From Patescibacteria group bacterium (GTDB lineage: Bacteria; Patescibacteriota; Minisyncoccia; UBA6257; 02-FULL-45-10c): a stretch of 43,235 bases of DNA. This document shows, in pieces, positions 1 through 11,679 of this stretch. Positions within the stretch are counted from its first letter, which is position 1, and each line of letters opens with the position of its first letter. The stretch spans positions 1 through 43,235 of the forward strand of contig JAGWKK010000002.1 in NCBI GenBank assembly GCA_028865335.1, read 5' to 3'. The position numbers and the translations under genes were made by a program. Below the pieces are notes generated by a model. The model was not told where the DNA came from. It saw only the letters and a program-made list of their open reading frames with translations, and made no database searches.

Positions 1-182
1 TCACAACGAGCTTTCTTTACCGTGGGGTCTGGTAGGGCGTTTCGTTTCCATTTCGGGTTCCTCGAGGGTCCGATCCGGCCGCAACGCTCCCCGCCAGGTT
101 ACTGTTTTGCGGGAAGCGAGATATGCGAAGGATCGGATCATCCCGCACATGTCTCGCCCCCGCAAATGATTTATTAACGAAC
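1..182 (-). ncRNA. putative structured non-coding RNA or leader (runs off window start)
   Basis: Downstream of a minus-strand promoter. Long hairpin 106-166; its loop (130-137) is complementary to 69-76; second stem 29-41/83-97. No credible long ORF. Confidence 0.45.
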
Positions 183-188
183 TATAAC

Positions 189-217
189 AATATAGCATAG
201 TCGGCCCGATAAGTCAA
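189..217 (-). promoter_or_regulatory. sigma70-type promoter
   Basis: TTGACT (217-212), 17 nt, TATATT (194-189) with extended -10 TG. Confidence 0.6.
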
Positions 218-238
218 TACCCGGCCGATGCCCGAGGA

Positions 239-267
239 TTGACAGTCCTTAGGAAGTATAGTATTAT
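239..267 (+). promoter_or_regulatory. sigma70-type promoter
   Basis: TTGACA (239-244), 17 nt, TATTAT (262-267). Confidence 0.6.
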
Positions 268-302
268 TACAACCAGAACAAATTCGCACGCATGGAGGCG
301 GC

Positions 303-593
303 ATGGGAGATCTCATCACGGCTTCGCTGGGCAGCACGCGGATGCTGGCGGCGATCCGCCCGTACAGATCGCAGCTGGAATACTGCGTCGAGTTCAGCAA
401 GAAGGCGGACGGCACAGGCGTTGTCCTGGTGCAGTGCTTCGTGCGGAATGTCGAGGACTACGACGACACGAAGCCGTACGAACACCTCCGGCACTGGGAC
501 CGGGCGAAGCTCGACTCCTATCTGCCGCAACTCGAGACCGCGGCGCTGAAGTGGTTCGGGATCGCGCCGGCCCGGCAGCAGGCGACTCGATAA
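303..593 (+). CDS. hypothetical protein (96 aa)
   Basis: GGAGG SD before ATG, own promoter, terminator downstream. Confidence 0.7.
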   Translation: MGDLITASLGSTRMLAAIRPYRSQLEYCVEFSKKADGTGVVLVQCFVRNVEDYDDTKPYEHLRHWDRAKLDSYLPQLETAALKWFGIAPARQQATR

Positions 594-608
594 GAACGCT
601 CCTGCCGT

Positions 609-638
609 AACACCTTCCTTTCGGGGAGGGTGTTTTTT
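609..638 (+). terminator. intrinsic terminator
   Basis: AACACCTTCC-TTTCGG-GGAGGGTGTT followed by T tract. Confidence 0.65.
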
Positions 639-2235
639 ATTGCGTTATGCCGAAGAATGAGCGGGGAATTTCGTATTGCCTGATGAGGTCCGCATTCTGC
701 GGAGTCCGCCGGACGAAGATGATGATATAGCCGTCGATATAGACAGGCGCCCAGTCCGCATCGTGCAGCCGCGCCGAAAGAAATTGCTGGCTCCACGGGG
801 TCAGGTCGTGATACCCGAAAACGATCGCATTGAAGTCATGCGCAGCGAGTTCTTTCTGCCAGAGCGCATCATTCTCCTGCATCGGAATATAGGTATCCGC
901 GAAAAACGAAGCGGGATATGCCTCGGGGCGGTTGTCCACAAAGACTTTCTCCGGCGCATTTTCATAAATGAGAAAGCCGCCGATGTCATAGTTGTTGAAG
1001 ATCGGTCCGGCGATATGATGCGCTTTCAGAAAATCCATACTGTATTCCACGTTGGGCTGAAGGCCGATGCCGAAATTCTGCCGGACCGCCTGCAGCTTTA
1101 CCGGATACGCATGATAGAGAAAGAAAAGTCCGCATGCCGCAGCGGTAGTGCCGATGAGAAATACCAACTCCGGGTCATGCAAGTATTTCTCCGGCAATGC
1201 CCGGTGCAGGGCGAACGAAAGCACGGGAAGCGCAAAAAGGCCGAAGAGCGTGATGTTCCGCAGCGCAAGAAATCCCGCGACGCCGAATCCGATGCCGAGA
1301 AAGGCGAAGAAGGCGAGTTCCGCAGAAGAATCAAAATCCCATGCGCGACGTCGATACCACGCGCCCGAAATCGCCAGAAGCATCAGCAGAGCGACGCCGG
1401 CATACAAGACGATATTCGGATCACCGAAACCGTAATTCCACAGGAACCAGAGCGTCTGGTTTTCGACCAAACGGTAGCCGTAATTATTGAAAATGGTGAA
1501 CGCGTAGGTGATGGCGCGATAGCCGAACGGATTGATCAGCGTTGCAAGCGATGTTCCAACAAATACGAACATGAGGTTGCGGATCTTCACACGCTCCTGC
1601 CGGCAGAAAAACAGCGCGCCGACCGCGACGATTCCCGCCAGCATCGGTCCGAGGAAAAAGTAGATGTGCATGTTGACCCAGAGGACCTGCAGCAGCGGAA
1701 GGGCGAAGAGCCAGCGGGCGCGGATGCGGTGGCGGTGATAATTCCACAGAACCCACAGGAAAATGGCCGCGAAGAGGTAGCTGAAACCTTCCGGGCGGAC
1801 TTCCACGCGCTCCGCGATGAGCGGGATGACCAGCGCAGCCACCGGAACCGCGATGCCGTAACCGCCTTCCCGCGCCGCGATCAGGAAAAATATCAGGAAT
1901 GTCGCCAAGGAAATCAGGATGAAGAGGATGGAGAGTGCGCCGAATCCGCCGAGCTGATGGACGGCATAGAATATGAGTCCGGTACCCCAGTGATGGTTGA
2001 CCGTGGTGAATCCGGGGTCGGTATATGAATAGAAGTTGGTGCCGAGAACGTCATGGAAGAGCGTCATGTCGCCGGTCGTGAGAGCGCTGTACTCCACGCT
2101 TCCGTTGGTGATGTGGCGGCCGAGATCGGATGTCGTCAGATCCACTTTCTGCACCAGAAAGAACCCGTACCAGCCGAGCAGGAGGAGAATCGCGATCCAG
2201 CGCGCGTTGCGCGTGAAATACTGATGGGTATCCAT
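637..2235 (-). CDS. polytopic membrane protein, probable GT-C fold glycosyltransferase-like
   Basis: 532 aa, many hydrophobic helices, DLGRH and RPE motifs, soluble C-terminal domain (FNNYDIGG, VFVDNR). Confidence 0.65.
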   Translation of the reverse strand: MDTHQYFTRNARWIAILLLLGWYGFFLVQKVDLTTSDLGRHITNGSVEYSALTTGDMTLFHDVLGTNFYSYTDPGFTTVNHHWGTGLIFYAVHQLGGFGALSILFILISLATFLIFFLIAAREGGYGIAVPVAALVIPLIAERVEVRPEGFSYLFAAIFLWVLWNYHRHRIRARWLFALPLLQVLWVNMHIYFFLGPMLAGIVAVGALFFCRQERVKIRNLMFVFVGTSLATLINPFGYRAITYAFTIFNNYGYRLVENQTLWFLWNYGFGDPNIVLYAGVALLMLLAISGAWYRRRAWDFDSSAELAFFAFLGIGFGVAGFLALRNITLFGLFALPVLSFALHRALPEKYLHDPELVFLIGTTAAACGLFFLYHAYPVKLQAVRQNFGIGLQPNVEYSMDFLKAHHIAGPIFNNYDIGGFLIYENAPEKVFVDNRPEAYPASFFADTYIPMQENDALWQKELAAHDFNAIVFGYHDLTPWSQQFLSARLHDADWAPVYIDGYIIIFVRRTPQNADLIRQYEIPRSFFGITQ

Positions 2236-2240
2236 GGGCC

Positions 2241-3230
2241 CTACTTCCTTTTCGTCTTCGTCTTTGTCGTTTTCTCGGCGATGATCGTCTGCAGGATTTT
2301 CCGGACGTGTTCGATCGCGTCGGGATCATAGATGGAAAGCGGCGCCGCGGACGGATTGAGCTTTTTAAGCTGCGCCAGTTTCTTTTTCAGAGTCGGAGCG
2401 TCAATGACGTCGCTTTTGCTGAGGAAGAGATACTCCTTCTTTTTCAACATTGCCTTGTTATAGGAGCCGAGTTCGGCGCGGATGGTTTTGTAATCGTCCG
2501 CCGGATTTTCGGATTCCGCGGAAACGAGATGGAACAGGATGCGGGTACGTTCCACGTGGCGCAGGAATTTGACGCCGAGTCCGCGTCCGGCGGAAGCGCC
2601 CTCGATCAGTCCCGGAATATCGGCAAGGATCAGGTCATAAAAGACGCCGAGGCTCGGTTCCAGCGTGGTGAACGGATAGTTGGCCACTTTGCTCTTCGCG
2701 CCGGTGAGTTCGTTCAAGAGGCTCGATTTTCCGGCATTCGGCAAACCGATAAGGCCGATGTCGGCGATGAGCTTCAGCTCGAGCCGCACATTCCATTTTT
2801 CTCCTGGCAATCCGAACTGAAACCGTTTCGGGCTGGTATTTTTCGATGAGCGGAAGAGGTAGTTGCCCTTGCCGCCGTGCCCGCCTTTCGCCGCGAGAAT
2901 ACGCTCGCCGATGCGGGTGATTTCGGTATCGGTCCCGGTATCCAGATTGTGGATCACCGTGCCGACCGGGATCTTCAGCGTCAGGTCTTCGGCGGTCTTG
3001 CCGTCCACGAATTGCCCGCGGCCGTCCTCGCCGCGTTTCGCCGCCATGAGTTTCCTGTGGCGGAATTGGTGGAGCGCGCTCAGATCGGAGACGCCTTCAA
3101 AAAAGATGTCGCCGCCGTCGCCGCCGGTGCCGCCCGCAGGTCCGAGCGCCATTTTGTTCTTATCAAATGCCACCGCCCCGCGGCCGCCGTCGCCGGCATG
3201 GATTTCGATTGTCACGTCATCAATAAGCAT
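2241..3230 (-). CDS. obgE: GTPase ObgE/CgtA
   Basis: Gly-rich Obg N-terminal domain; GLPNAGKS, YPFTT and DIPG motifs. Confidence 0.97.
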   Translation of the reverse strand: MLIDDVTIEIHAGDGGRGAVAFDKNKMALGPAGGTGGDGGDIFFEGVSDLSALHQFRHRKLMAAKRGEDGRGQFVDGKTAEDLTLKIPVGTVIHNLDTGTDTEITRIGERILAAKGGHGGKGNYLFRSSKNTSPKRFQFGLPGEKWNVRLELKLIADIGLIGLPNAGKSSLLNELTGAKSKVANYPFTTLEPSLGVFYDLILADIPGLIEGASAGRGLGVKFLRHVERTRILFHLVSAESENPADDYKTIRAELGSYNKAMLKKKEYLFLSKSDVIDAPTLKKKLAQLKKLNPSAAPLSIYDPDAIEHVRKILQTIIAEKTTKTKTKRK

Positions 3231-3310
3231 AGAGGATGTATTTTCGCTTCCATTATAGTATACGGTACTTTCGGGTTGTTGTCTGCGGCCCTTTCCAGTA
3301 CACTGGGTCT

Positions 3311-4033
3311 ATGGCCACCGAAGAATTCCCGATGCGGATCAACAAATATCTCGCCTCTCAGAAGATCGCCAGCCGGCGCGGCGTTGACGACCTCATCCGC
3401 CAGAAGCTGGTGCGTATCAACGGACGCATCGCGATGCTGGGCGCGCAGGTCAATGAGGGCGACAAAGTGACCGTCGGCAAAGTCGTTCAGGAGCAGATCC
3501 AGAAGCACCGGACCTATCTCGCGTACAACAAGCCGCGCGGCGTCGTGTCGCATACTCCCGAAGAGGGACAGCAGCAGATCACCGATGTCGTCAATGTCGG
3601 TTTCCCGGTTTTTCCGATCGGGCGGCTGGACCGCGCGTCCCGCGGACTCATCATCCTGACCAACGACGGGCGGATCACCGGCAGATTGCTGGATCCGCAG
3701 TATGAACACGAAAAGGAATATGCGGTGACGGTTGACCGTCCGCTGGAGAAGCATTTTCTGCGCCATCTTGCCGCGGGCATGAAGATCGAAAGCGAAAAAA
3801 CCCGGCCGGCGGAAGTGAAGCAGACGGGGGAGAATCGCTTCACGATCATACTCAGCGAAGGCAAGCGGCATCAGATCCGCCGCATGTGCGCGGCATTCGG
3901 CTATCGGGTGACCGATCTCCGCCGCACCCGCATCATGAACATCAAACTGGGCGCGCTTGCCGAAGGAACCTGGCGGAAGATAGAAGGGGATGAATTGAAG
4001 ACGTTTTTGACCGCGCTTGGTTTTGAAGAATAG
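3311..4033 (+). CDS. rRNA pseudouridine synthase (RsuA/RluB/RluF family)
   Basis: S4 domain (RINKYLA..SRR), GRLD catalytic motif, EGKRHQIRRM. ATG 3311 chosen because TACACT lies 6 nt upstream. Confidence 0.92.
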   Translation: MATEEFPMRINKYLASQKIASRRGVDDLIRQKLVRINGRIAMLGAQVNEGDKVTVGKVVQEQIQKHRTYLAYNKPRGVVSHTPEEGQQQITDVVNVGFPVFPIGRLDRASRGLIILTNDGRITGRLLDPQYEHEKEYAVTVDRPLEKHFLRHLAAGMKIESEKTRPAEVKQTGENRFTIILSEGKRHQIRRMCAAFGYRVTDLRRTRIMNIKLGALAEGTWRKIEGDELKTFLTALGFEE

Positions 4034-4103
4034 GTTTTTAGATGATGCATGCCTGATCGGTGCATATCTCTTTTCCGTGACTGGGATATACTGAAGAGAG
4101 AAT

Positions 4104-4319
4104 ATGGAGCAATCCAATTTCAAAGTGTGGTATGCGATTTCCTTCGCGTTTCAGCTGGGTTTTTTGACGATCAGCGTCATCGTGGGTTTCGCATGGTTCG
4201 GCTTGTGGCTTGATTCGATCTTCCAGTTCGGAAACCTGTTTTTTCTGCTCGGCGTATTCTTCGGGATGGCGGTCGCCATCTACGAGGCGCACAGCATGGC
4301 GACTTTTATCGTGCAATAG
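4104..4319 (+). CDS. AtpZ/AtpI family protein
   Basis: 71 aa two-TM protein with G.WLD motif at the head of the atp operon. Confidence 0.75.
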   Translation: MEQSNFKVWYAISFAFQLGFLTISVIVGFAWFGLWLDSIFQFGNLFFLLGVFFGMAVAIYEAHSMATFIVQ

Positions 4320-4324
4320 ATCCT

Positions 4325-5092
4325 ATGCTGACCATCTCCCTGCAACCCGAATATCTTTTCACGCTTTTCGGCCTGCCGATCACCAATACGTTCTTTACCG
4401 CGCTCGTGGTTGACCTGGTGCTCATCATTCCGGCGGCGGTGGGATATCTGCTGCGCCGCGACAATCTTTTCGCGAAGACGTTCCGGGTCTTCATCTATGA
4501 ACTGCTGCGCCTGGTTGACGAAGTGACCGGCGACCGCAGGCTGAGCCGGATGATCTTTCCGCTGATCGCGACCTTCTTCCTTTTCATCGTCACCTCCAAT
4601 CTTCTGGAAATCATCCCGGGCTTCCTCGGGTCGTTCTTCGTGGTCGTCGGCGGCAAGCAGGTCGCGCTGCTCCGTTCACCGAACAGCGATTTAACGACCA
4701 CGCTCGCATTGGCTATACTGTCAGTAGGGAGTACGCAGCTCTTTTCGCTGAGGATGCTGGGCATCGGAGGCTACGTTTCCCGTTTCATCAATCTTTCCAG
4801 CCTGCCGGGTTTCATCATGGGATTTTTTGAGGGGATATCGGAATTGATCAAGCTCTTCTCATTCTCGTTCAGGCTGTTCGGCAACATATTTGCCGGCGAG
4901 GTGCTTCTGCTGATCGTCGGGTTTCTCGTTCCGTATATCATACCGATGCCGTTCATGATCCTGGAAATATTCGTCGGCATCGTGCAGGCGTTCATCTTCA
5001 CCATTCTTTCATTGACATTCATCAAAGCGGGTACGCTGCGAATGGAAGCCGTCGGCAGCGCCCATCCAATTAATTCAAACGTATCATTATGA
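4325..5092 (+). CDS. atpB: F0F1 ATP synthase subunit a
   Basis: SFRLFGNIFAGE with conserved Arg; VQAFIF. Confidence 0.95.
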   Translation: MLTISLQPEYLFTLFGLPITNTFFTALVVDLVLIIPAAVGYLLRRDNLFAKTFRVFIYELLRLVDEVTGDRRLSRMIFPLIATFFLFIVTSNLLEIIPGFLGSFFVVVGGKQVALLRSPNSDLTTTLALAILSVGSTQLFSLRMLGIGGYVSRFINLSSLPGFIMGFFEGISELIKLFSFSFRLFGNIFAGEVLLLIVGFLVPYIIPMPFMILEIFVGIVQAFIFTILSLTFIKAGTLRMEAVGSAHPINSNVSL

Positions 5093-5298
5093 ATCCAACC
5101 GCATTAGTCATGAGCATCGGTACGATCACTCCGGCGCTTGCCATCGGAGCCATCGGAGCGGCCGGCCTGATCGCCATGGCGCGCAATCCGCAGGTCGCCG
5201 ATAAGATCCAGATTTCCATGATCGTCGCGATCGCGTTCGCTGAAGCCATCGCCATCTACGCGCTCGTGGTCGCATTGCTCCTCAAGTTTATCGCCTAG
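5089..5298 (+). CDS. atpE: F0F1 ATP synthase subunit c
   Basis: ARNP loop; ion-binding Glu in AFAEAIAIY. Confidence 0.96.
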   Translation: MNPTALVMSIGTITPALAIGAIGAAGLIAMARNPQVADKIQISMIVAIAFAEAIAIYALVVALLLKFIA

Positions 5299-5319
5299 CA
5301 TCGTCCGGCTTCCGCTCTT

Positions 5320-6195
5320 ATGAATTTTTTCAGCAGTTTTGGCGTTGATATCAGATTGCTTATCGCCCAGATCGTCAATTTCGGGATTCTTTTGTGGATT
5401 CTGAATCTGCTGCTGTATAAACCGGTCATCAGCCGCATTGAAAGCGATGAGAAGGAACTGAACGCGGCGCGCATCCAGAATGCGGAATTGGACCGTAAGA
5501 AAAAGGACTTCACCGCAAAAATGGCGAGCGACCTTACGCAATCTCGCGCGCAGTCAAAGGACATCATCACGGAAGCGAAGGCGGTCGCCGAACGGATCAC
5601 GCGCGAGGCGCAGAAGGAAGCCGACGAAGATCTGTCCCGCCAGATGGCATTCGCCAAAAAGCAGGCCCTGTCATTGGAGGAATCCAATACCGCGCTGGCG
5701 AAGCAGGCCGCAGTCCGCGCGGTGGCCGAAACGCTTGCCGCACACCTTGCCGAATCGCTGTCTCCCGACACGCGCCGGGCGCTGAATGACGCTTTCTTTG
5801 ACGAACTGCTGATGAAAATCAGGACGCTTCCGCCGGAGACATTCAGTCATGCGGCCGCCGGAGGGAAGAACGCCGCGGCGACTTTGACCTCTCGGCAGAA
5901 GAAATCAGTCCGGGGATTGGTGAAAGAGGAAAGCGAAAAGCTGCACGAAGGCTCCGAAGGATTCTCTGAACGCATGTATTTCGCCCATTCGGAAGCGCAG
6001 CTGACGTCGGCGATCCCGCTGACTGAAAAGCAGGTCGCGGATGCGGGGAAGGCGCTGAAGAAAGTCACCGGACTCAAGGAGTTGTCGGTGGTTCCGGCGG
6101 TTTCCGGAAATCTCGTCGCGGGATGCGTGCTGGAATTCCGGGGCGTCTCGCTCGAATCGAATCTATTATACGAAATAAACCATGCCGCAGACTAA
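5320..6195 (+). CDS. atpF: ATP synthase subunit b fused to a delta-like C-terminal domain
   Basis: AQIVNFGILL..YKP b-type N-terminus, coiled coil, C-terminal TSAIPL...LVAG resembling the delta C-domain; no separate atpH. Confidence 0.85.
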   Translation: MNFFSSFGVDIRLLIAQIVNFGILLWILNLLLYKPVISRIESDEKELNAARIQNAELDRKKKDFTAKMASDLTQSRAQSKDIITEAKAVAERITREAQKEADEDLSRQMAFAKKQALSLEESNTALAKQAAVRAVAETLAAHLAESLSPDTRRALNDAFFDELLMKIRTLPPETFSHAAAGGKNAAATLTSRQKKSVRGLVKEESEKLHEGSEGFSERMYFAHSEAQLTSAIPLTEKQVADAGKALKKVTGLKELSVVPAVSGNLVAGCVLEFRGVSLESNLLYEINHAAD

Positions 6196-7711
6196 ACGAA
6201 CAAACCACGTCCGCGAAGTCGGATCCATAGTCTCTTTTTATGCCGGCATCGGGAAGATCGTCGGTCTGCCGCACGTCTTTTTGAATGAGCTGCTGGTCGA
6301 TGAGCGGGGAGAGCCGGCGGCGATCGTCATTGGCTTCAGCGAGGAATCGGTGGATTCCCGGCGGACGCAGGTTTTCAAGCCGGAAGCGATCGTGGTGGAA
6401 TTCAGCCAGGAAACCGTCGATGCGATATTTTTCAATGATCAGGTGGACATCAACAAACCGGTCTACCGCAGCGGGAAACTGTTTTCAGTACAGGTGTCCG
6501 ACGACCATCTCGGCCGTGTCGTCAACGGATTCGGTCTGCCGGCCGACGGCCTCGGGCCGATCACCGGAACTGACGCGCAGGTGTTCCGCCAGGCGCCTCA
6601 GATCATCGACCGCAAACCGGTCGCCACGCCGCTTTCCGCGGGTGTCAGCACCGTCGATACGATGCTTTCCATCGGCCGCGGCCAGCGCGAGCTTCTGATC
6701 GGAGACCGCAAACTCGGCAAAAGCACGCTAGCGGTGGATATGATCCTGAATCAGAAGAACGCGAAGCCGCCGGTCTATTGCGTCTATGTCCTGTGCGGGC
6801 AGCAGACGGCCCGCATCCGCGATATTGTCGCCACGTTCAAGGAACGGCACGCCATGGCGTACACGGTCGTCGTCGCCGCTCCGCCGGACAGCTCGTTCGC
6901 GGAGCAGTATCTCGCGCCGTTTGTCGGCTGCGCGATCGGCGAACACTTCCGCGACCAGGGCAAGGACGCGCTGGTGGTATATGACGATCTCACCAAGCAT
7001 GCGAAAATCTACCGCGACATTTCGCTGCTGCTCAACCGCGCTCCGGGCCGCGAAGCGTATCCGGGAGAAATCTTCTCGCTGCATGCCGGTCTTCTGGAAC
7101 GAGCCGCGCAGGTTTCCGATGAGCAGGGCGGCGGGTCGCTGACCGCGCTTCCGATCATCGAGACCGAGGAAGGGGATATCAGTTCGTATATTCCGACGAA
7201 CGTCATTTCCATCACCGACGGGCAGATCTATTTTGACAGCGATCTCTTTGAAAAAGGATTTCTTCCGGCGATCAACATCGGACTTTCGGTGTCGCGTCTG
7301 GGTTCCCAGGTGCAGCCGCCGCTCCTCAAGAAAATGACCGGCGCATTGCGTCTGACGCTCTCGCAGTACAAGGAGCTTCAGAAATTGGCGCAGCTCGAAA
7401 CATCCATGAACGATGAGACGACGAAGAAGCTCCGGCGCGGGGAACTGATTCTGGAACTGCTGAATCAGGACAAGCACGAACTCATCTCCTGGCAATCCCA
7501 GGTGGTGGTGTTCTTCGCCGCGCAGAACGGCGTTTTTGACGATCTCGCGAAGGAGCAATGGAAGAGCGTGCGGGATCTGCTGATCGATGTCCTGAACAGC
7601 CGGTATCCGGACATTCTCACTTCGATTTCAAAAGGAACCTGGCACGACGGCGTGGAGAAACAGGTGCGCGCGCTGGTCGAAGAAGTAAAGAAGGACTTCC
7701 TGTCCTCATAA
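6182..7711 (+). CDS. atpA: F0F1 ATP synthase subunit alpha
   Basis: GRGQRELLIGDR, PGREAYPG, YIPTNVISITDGQI. Confidence 0.96.
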   Translation: MPQTKRTNHVREVGSIVSFYAGIGKIVGLPHVFLNELLVDERGEPAAIVIGFSEESVDSRRTQVFKPEAIVVEFSQETVDAIFFNDQVDINKPVYRSGKLFSVQVSDDHLGRVVNGFGLPADGLGPITGTDAQVFRQAPQIIDRKPVATPLSAGVSTVDTMLSIGRGQRELLIGDRKLGKSTLAVDMILNQKNAKPPVYCVYVLCGQQTARIRDIVATFKERHAMAYTVVVAAPPDSSFAEQYLAPFVGCAIGEHFRDQGKDALVVYDDLTKHAKIYRDISLLLNRAPGREAYPGEIFSLHAGLLERAAQVSDEQGGGSLTALPIIETEEGDISSYIPTNVISITDGQIYFDSDLFEKGFLPAINIGLSVSRLGSQVQPPLLKKMTGALRLTLSQYKELQKLAQLETSMNDETTKKLRRGELILELLNQDKHELISWQSQVVVFFAAQNGVFDDLAKEQWKSVRDLLIDVLNSRYPDILTSISKGTWHDGVEKQVRALVEEVKKDFLSS

Positions 7712-7715
7712 CCAT

Positions 7716-9925
<2,210 letters not shown>

Positions 9926-9929
9926 AAAT

Positions 9930-10163
9930 ATGCGCTGTACCGTCCTGACCGGCTCTGATACCAAAAATATCGCCGACGTCGCGCGCATCACGCTACCCGG
10001 CGTCAATGGCGAGCTTTCCATCCTGGAACATCATGCCGAGGCCTTCTTTCTGCTCGCGTCAGGAACGGCAGTGATCGAAAAGACCGATAAATCGGTGGAG
10101 CGGATTTCCGTCCAATCAGGTGGATGTCACGTGCGGGAGGACAGCGTCCTTATCGTCGCATAA
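9930..10163 (+). CDS. atpC: ATP synthase subunit epsilon (N-terminal domain only)
   Basis: LPGVNGELSILEHH motif; 77 aa. Confidence 0.85.
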   Translation: MRCTVLTGSDTKNIADVARITLPGVNGELSILEHHAEAFFLLASGTAVIEKTDKSVERISVQSGGCHVREDSVLIVA

Positions 10164-10165
10164 CG

Positions 10166-11677
10166 TCAGTCGATGACCGGTTCGTCGCTCTTTATTTCAT
10201 TGTCGATGCGGATCCAGAACGAGGTGACGGCGCCGATGACCAGCAGGACCGCGGCGATTTCAAACACGGTGGCATAGGCCGAAACCTGCGCTTTCAGGAT
10301 GATCAGGCCGATGAACTGCTTGTAGGTTTCCGGCGTCATGAGATTGAGCCGGCTGTTTTCCGCAAGCGTCATCACGTTCCGGCCGATGGTGCTCGTCAGG
10401 ATGGTGCTGAAAATGGCGATGCCGAAGGCGCCTGAAATATTCCGCACCAAGGCGAGGATCGCCGACGCGCTGCCGATCTCCTGCGGCGGAACGACGGACG
10501 CGATGATGTTGGTGCGCTGCGCCATGCCGAAACCGATGCCGAATGCCATGATCGCCAGCGGAACGATCAGGCTCAGCGCGCCGGAGCGCGGATCGATGTA
10601 TGAAAAAAGAAAGACGCCCAATGCCGCGACTGCCGTACTTCCCATGATCACCCAGCGCGCCTGGATTTTGCCGGTCAGGCTTCCGCCGAGCGGTGCGGCT
10701 ACCATGATGCAGAACGCCATCGGAATGAAAAGAAATCCGGTCTGCTGGGCGTTGTATCCCAGGAATGTTTCCGCAAAGATCGGCACAAGGAAAACACTGC
10801 CCATCATGCCCATGAAGACGATGAAGCTGTTCGTAAGCGTGTTGACGAACGCGCTGATTCTGAAGAATTTGAGATCGACGATCGGTTCGGCAACCGTCTG
10901 CTCGATCCACAGAAAGAGCGCCGAGAACACCAGCGTCGCGGCGTAGCAGAGCATGCTGCCCTGCGACATCCATCCCCAGATCGGACCCTGATCAAGCACC
11001 AATACCAATGCGCCGAGCGCCACGCCGAGCGAAATGGATCCCCACCAGTCGAATGACCGGGTTTTCTCATCCGAGGCGGATTCGTCGATGAATTTCAGCG
11101 CCATGAAAAGCCCGAGCAGACCGACCGGAATATTGATGAGAAAAATGGAGCGCCAGCCGAAATTATCGATCAGCGAGCCGCCGATCAGCGGTCCGAATAC
11201 CGACGCGGCGGCGAATGAGGACGACCAGAGTCCGAGGACCTGCGCCCGCTCTTTCATGTCGGTGAAGGTGACGGCAAGAATCGCCATGGCGGTAGGGTAG
11301 TCGGCCGATCCGGCGATGGCCTGGATGATGCGGAAGCCGATCATGGAAGTCAGGTTCCAGGCGAATCCGGCAAGCGCCGAGCCGATCAGGAATCCGACGA
11401 AGCCCATGACATACACCTTCTTCCGGCCGATGGTATCACCGAGTTTGCCCCATACCGGAACGAAAATGGCGTTCGCGAGAATATACGCCGTCGCGATCCA
11501 TCCGGCCGCGGAAACGGTGATTTTGAAATCAAGGATGATCTTCGGCAGCGCAAGGTTGACGATGGTCTGGTCCAGACGGCCCAGAAAAGTTCCCAGAATG
11601 ACGGTGATAAGCACCCACCAGCGCAAATTATCCGATTTCGGAATGGCGGAAGCAGCCGCCGGAGCGGTCTGTTCCAT
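10166..11677 (-). CDS. DHA2 (EmrB/QacA) family MFS efflux transporter
   Basis: LDQTIVNLALP, GKLGDTIGRK, GWRSIFLINIPVG. Confidence 0.93.
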   Translation of the reverse strand: MEQTAPAAASAIPKSDNLRWWVLITVILGTFLGRLDQTIVNLALPKIILDFKITVSAAGWIATAYILANAIFVPVWGKLGDTIGRKKVYVMGFVGFLIGSALAGFAWNLTSMIGFRIIQAIAGSADYPTAMAILAVTFTDMKERAQVLGLWSSSFAAASVFGPLIGGSLIDNFGWRSIFLINIPVGLLGLFMALKFIDESASDEKTRSFDWWGSISLGVALGALVLVLDQGPIWGWMSQGSMLCYAATLVFSALFLWIEQTVAEPIVDLKFFRISAFVNTLTNSFIVFMGMMGSVFLVPIFAETFLGYNAQQTGFLFIPMAFCIMVAAPLGGSLTGKIQARWVIMGSTAVAALGVFLFSYIDPRSGALSLIVPLAIMAFGIGFGMAQRTNIIASVVPPQEIGSASAILALVRNISGAFGIAIFSTILTSTIGRNVMTLAENSRLNLMTPETYKQFIGLIILKAQVSAYATVFEIAAVLLVIGAVTSFWIRIDNEIKSDEPVID

Positions 11678-11679
11678 GA

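Noticed and set aside
1..198. 65-aa minus-strand ORF
   Set aside because: Its start lies within the predicted promoter and the sequence is dominated by RNA stems.
676..2028. Long antisense ORFs (also 6728-7558, 18388-19770, 24237-25244, 28957-30420, 35310-36356)
   Set aside because: Shadow frames opposite well-supported genes in GC-rich coding DNA.
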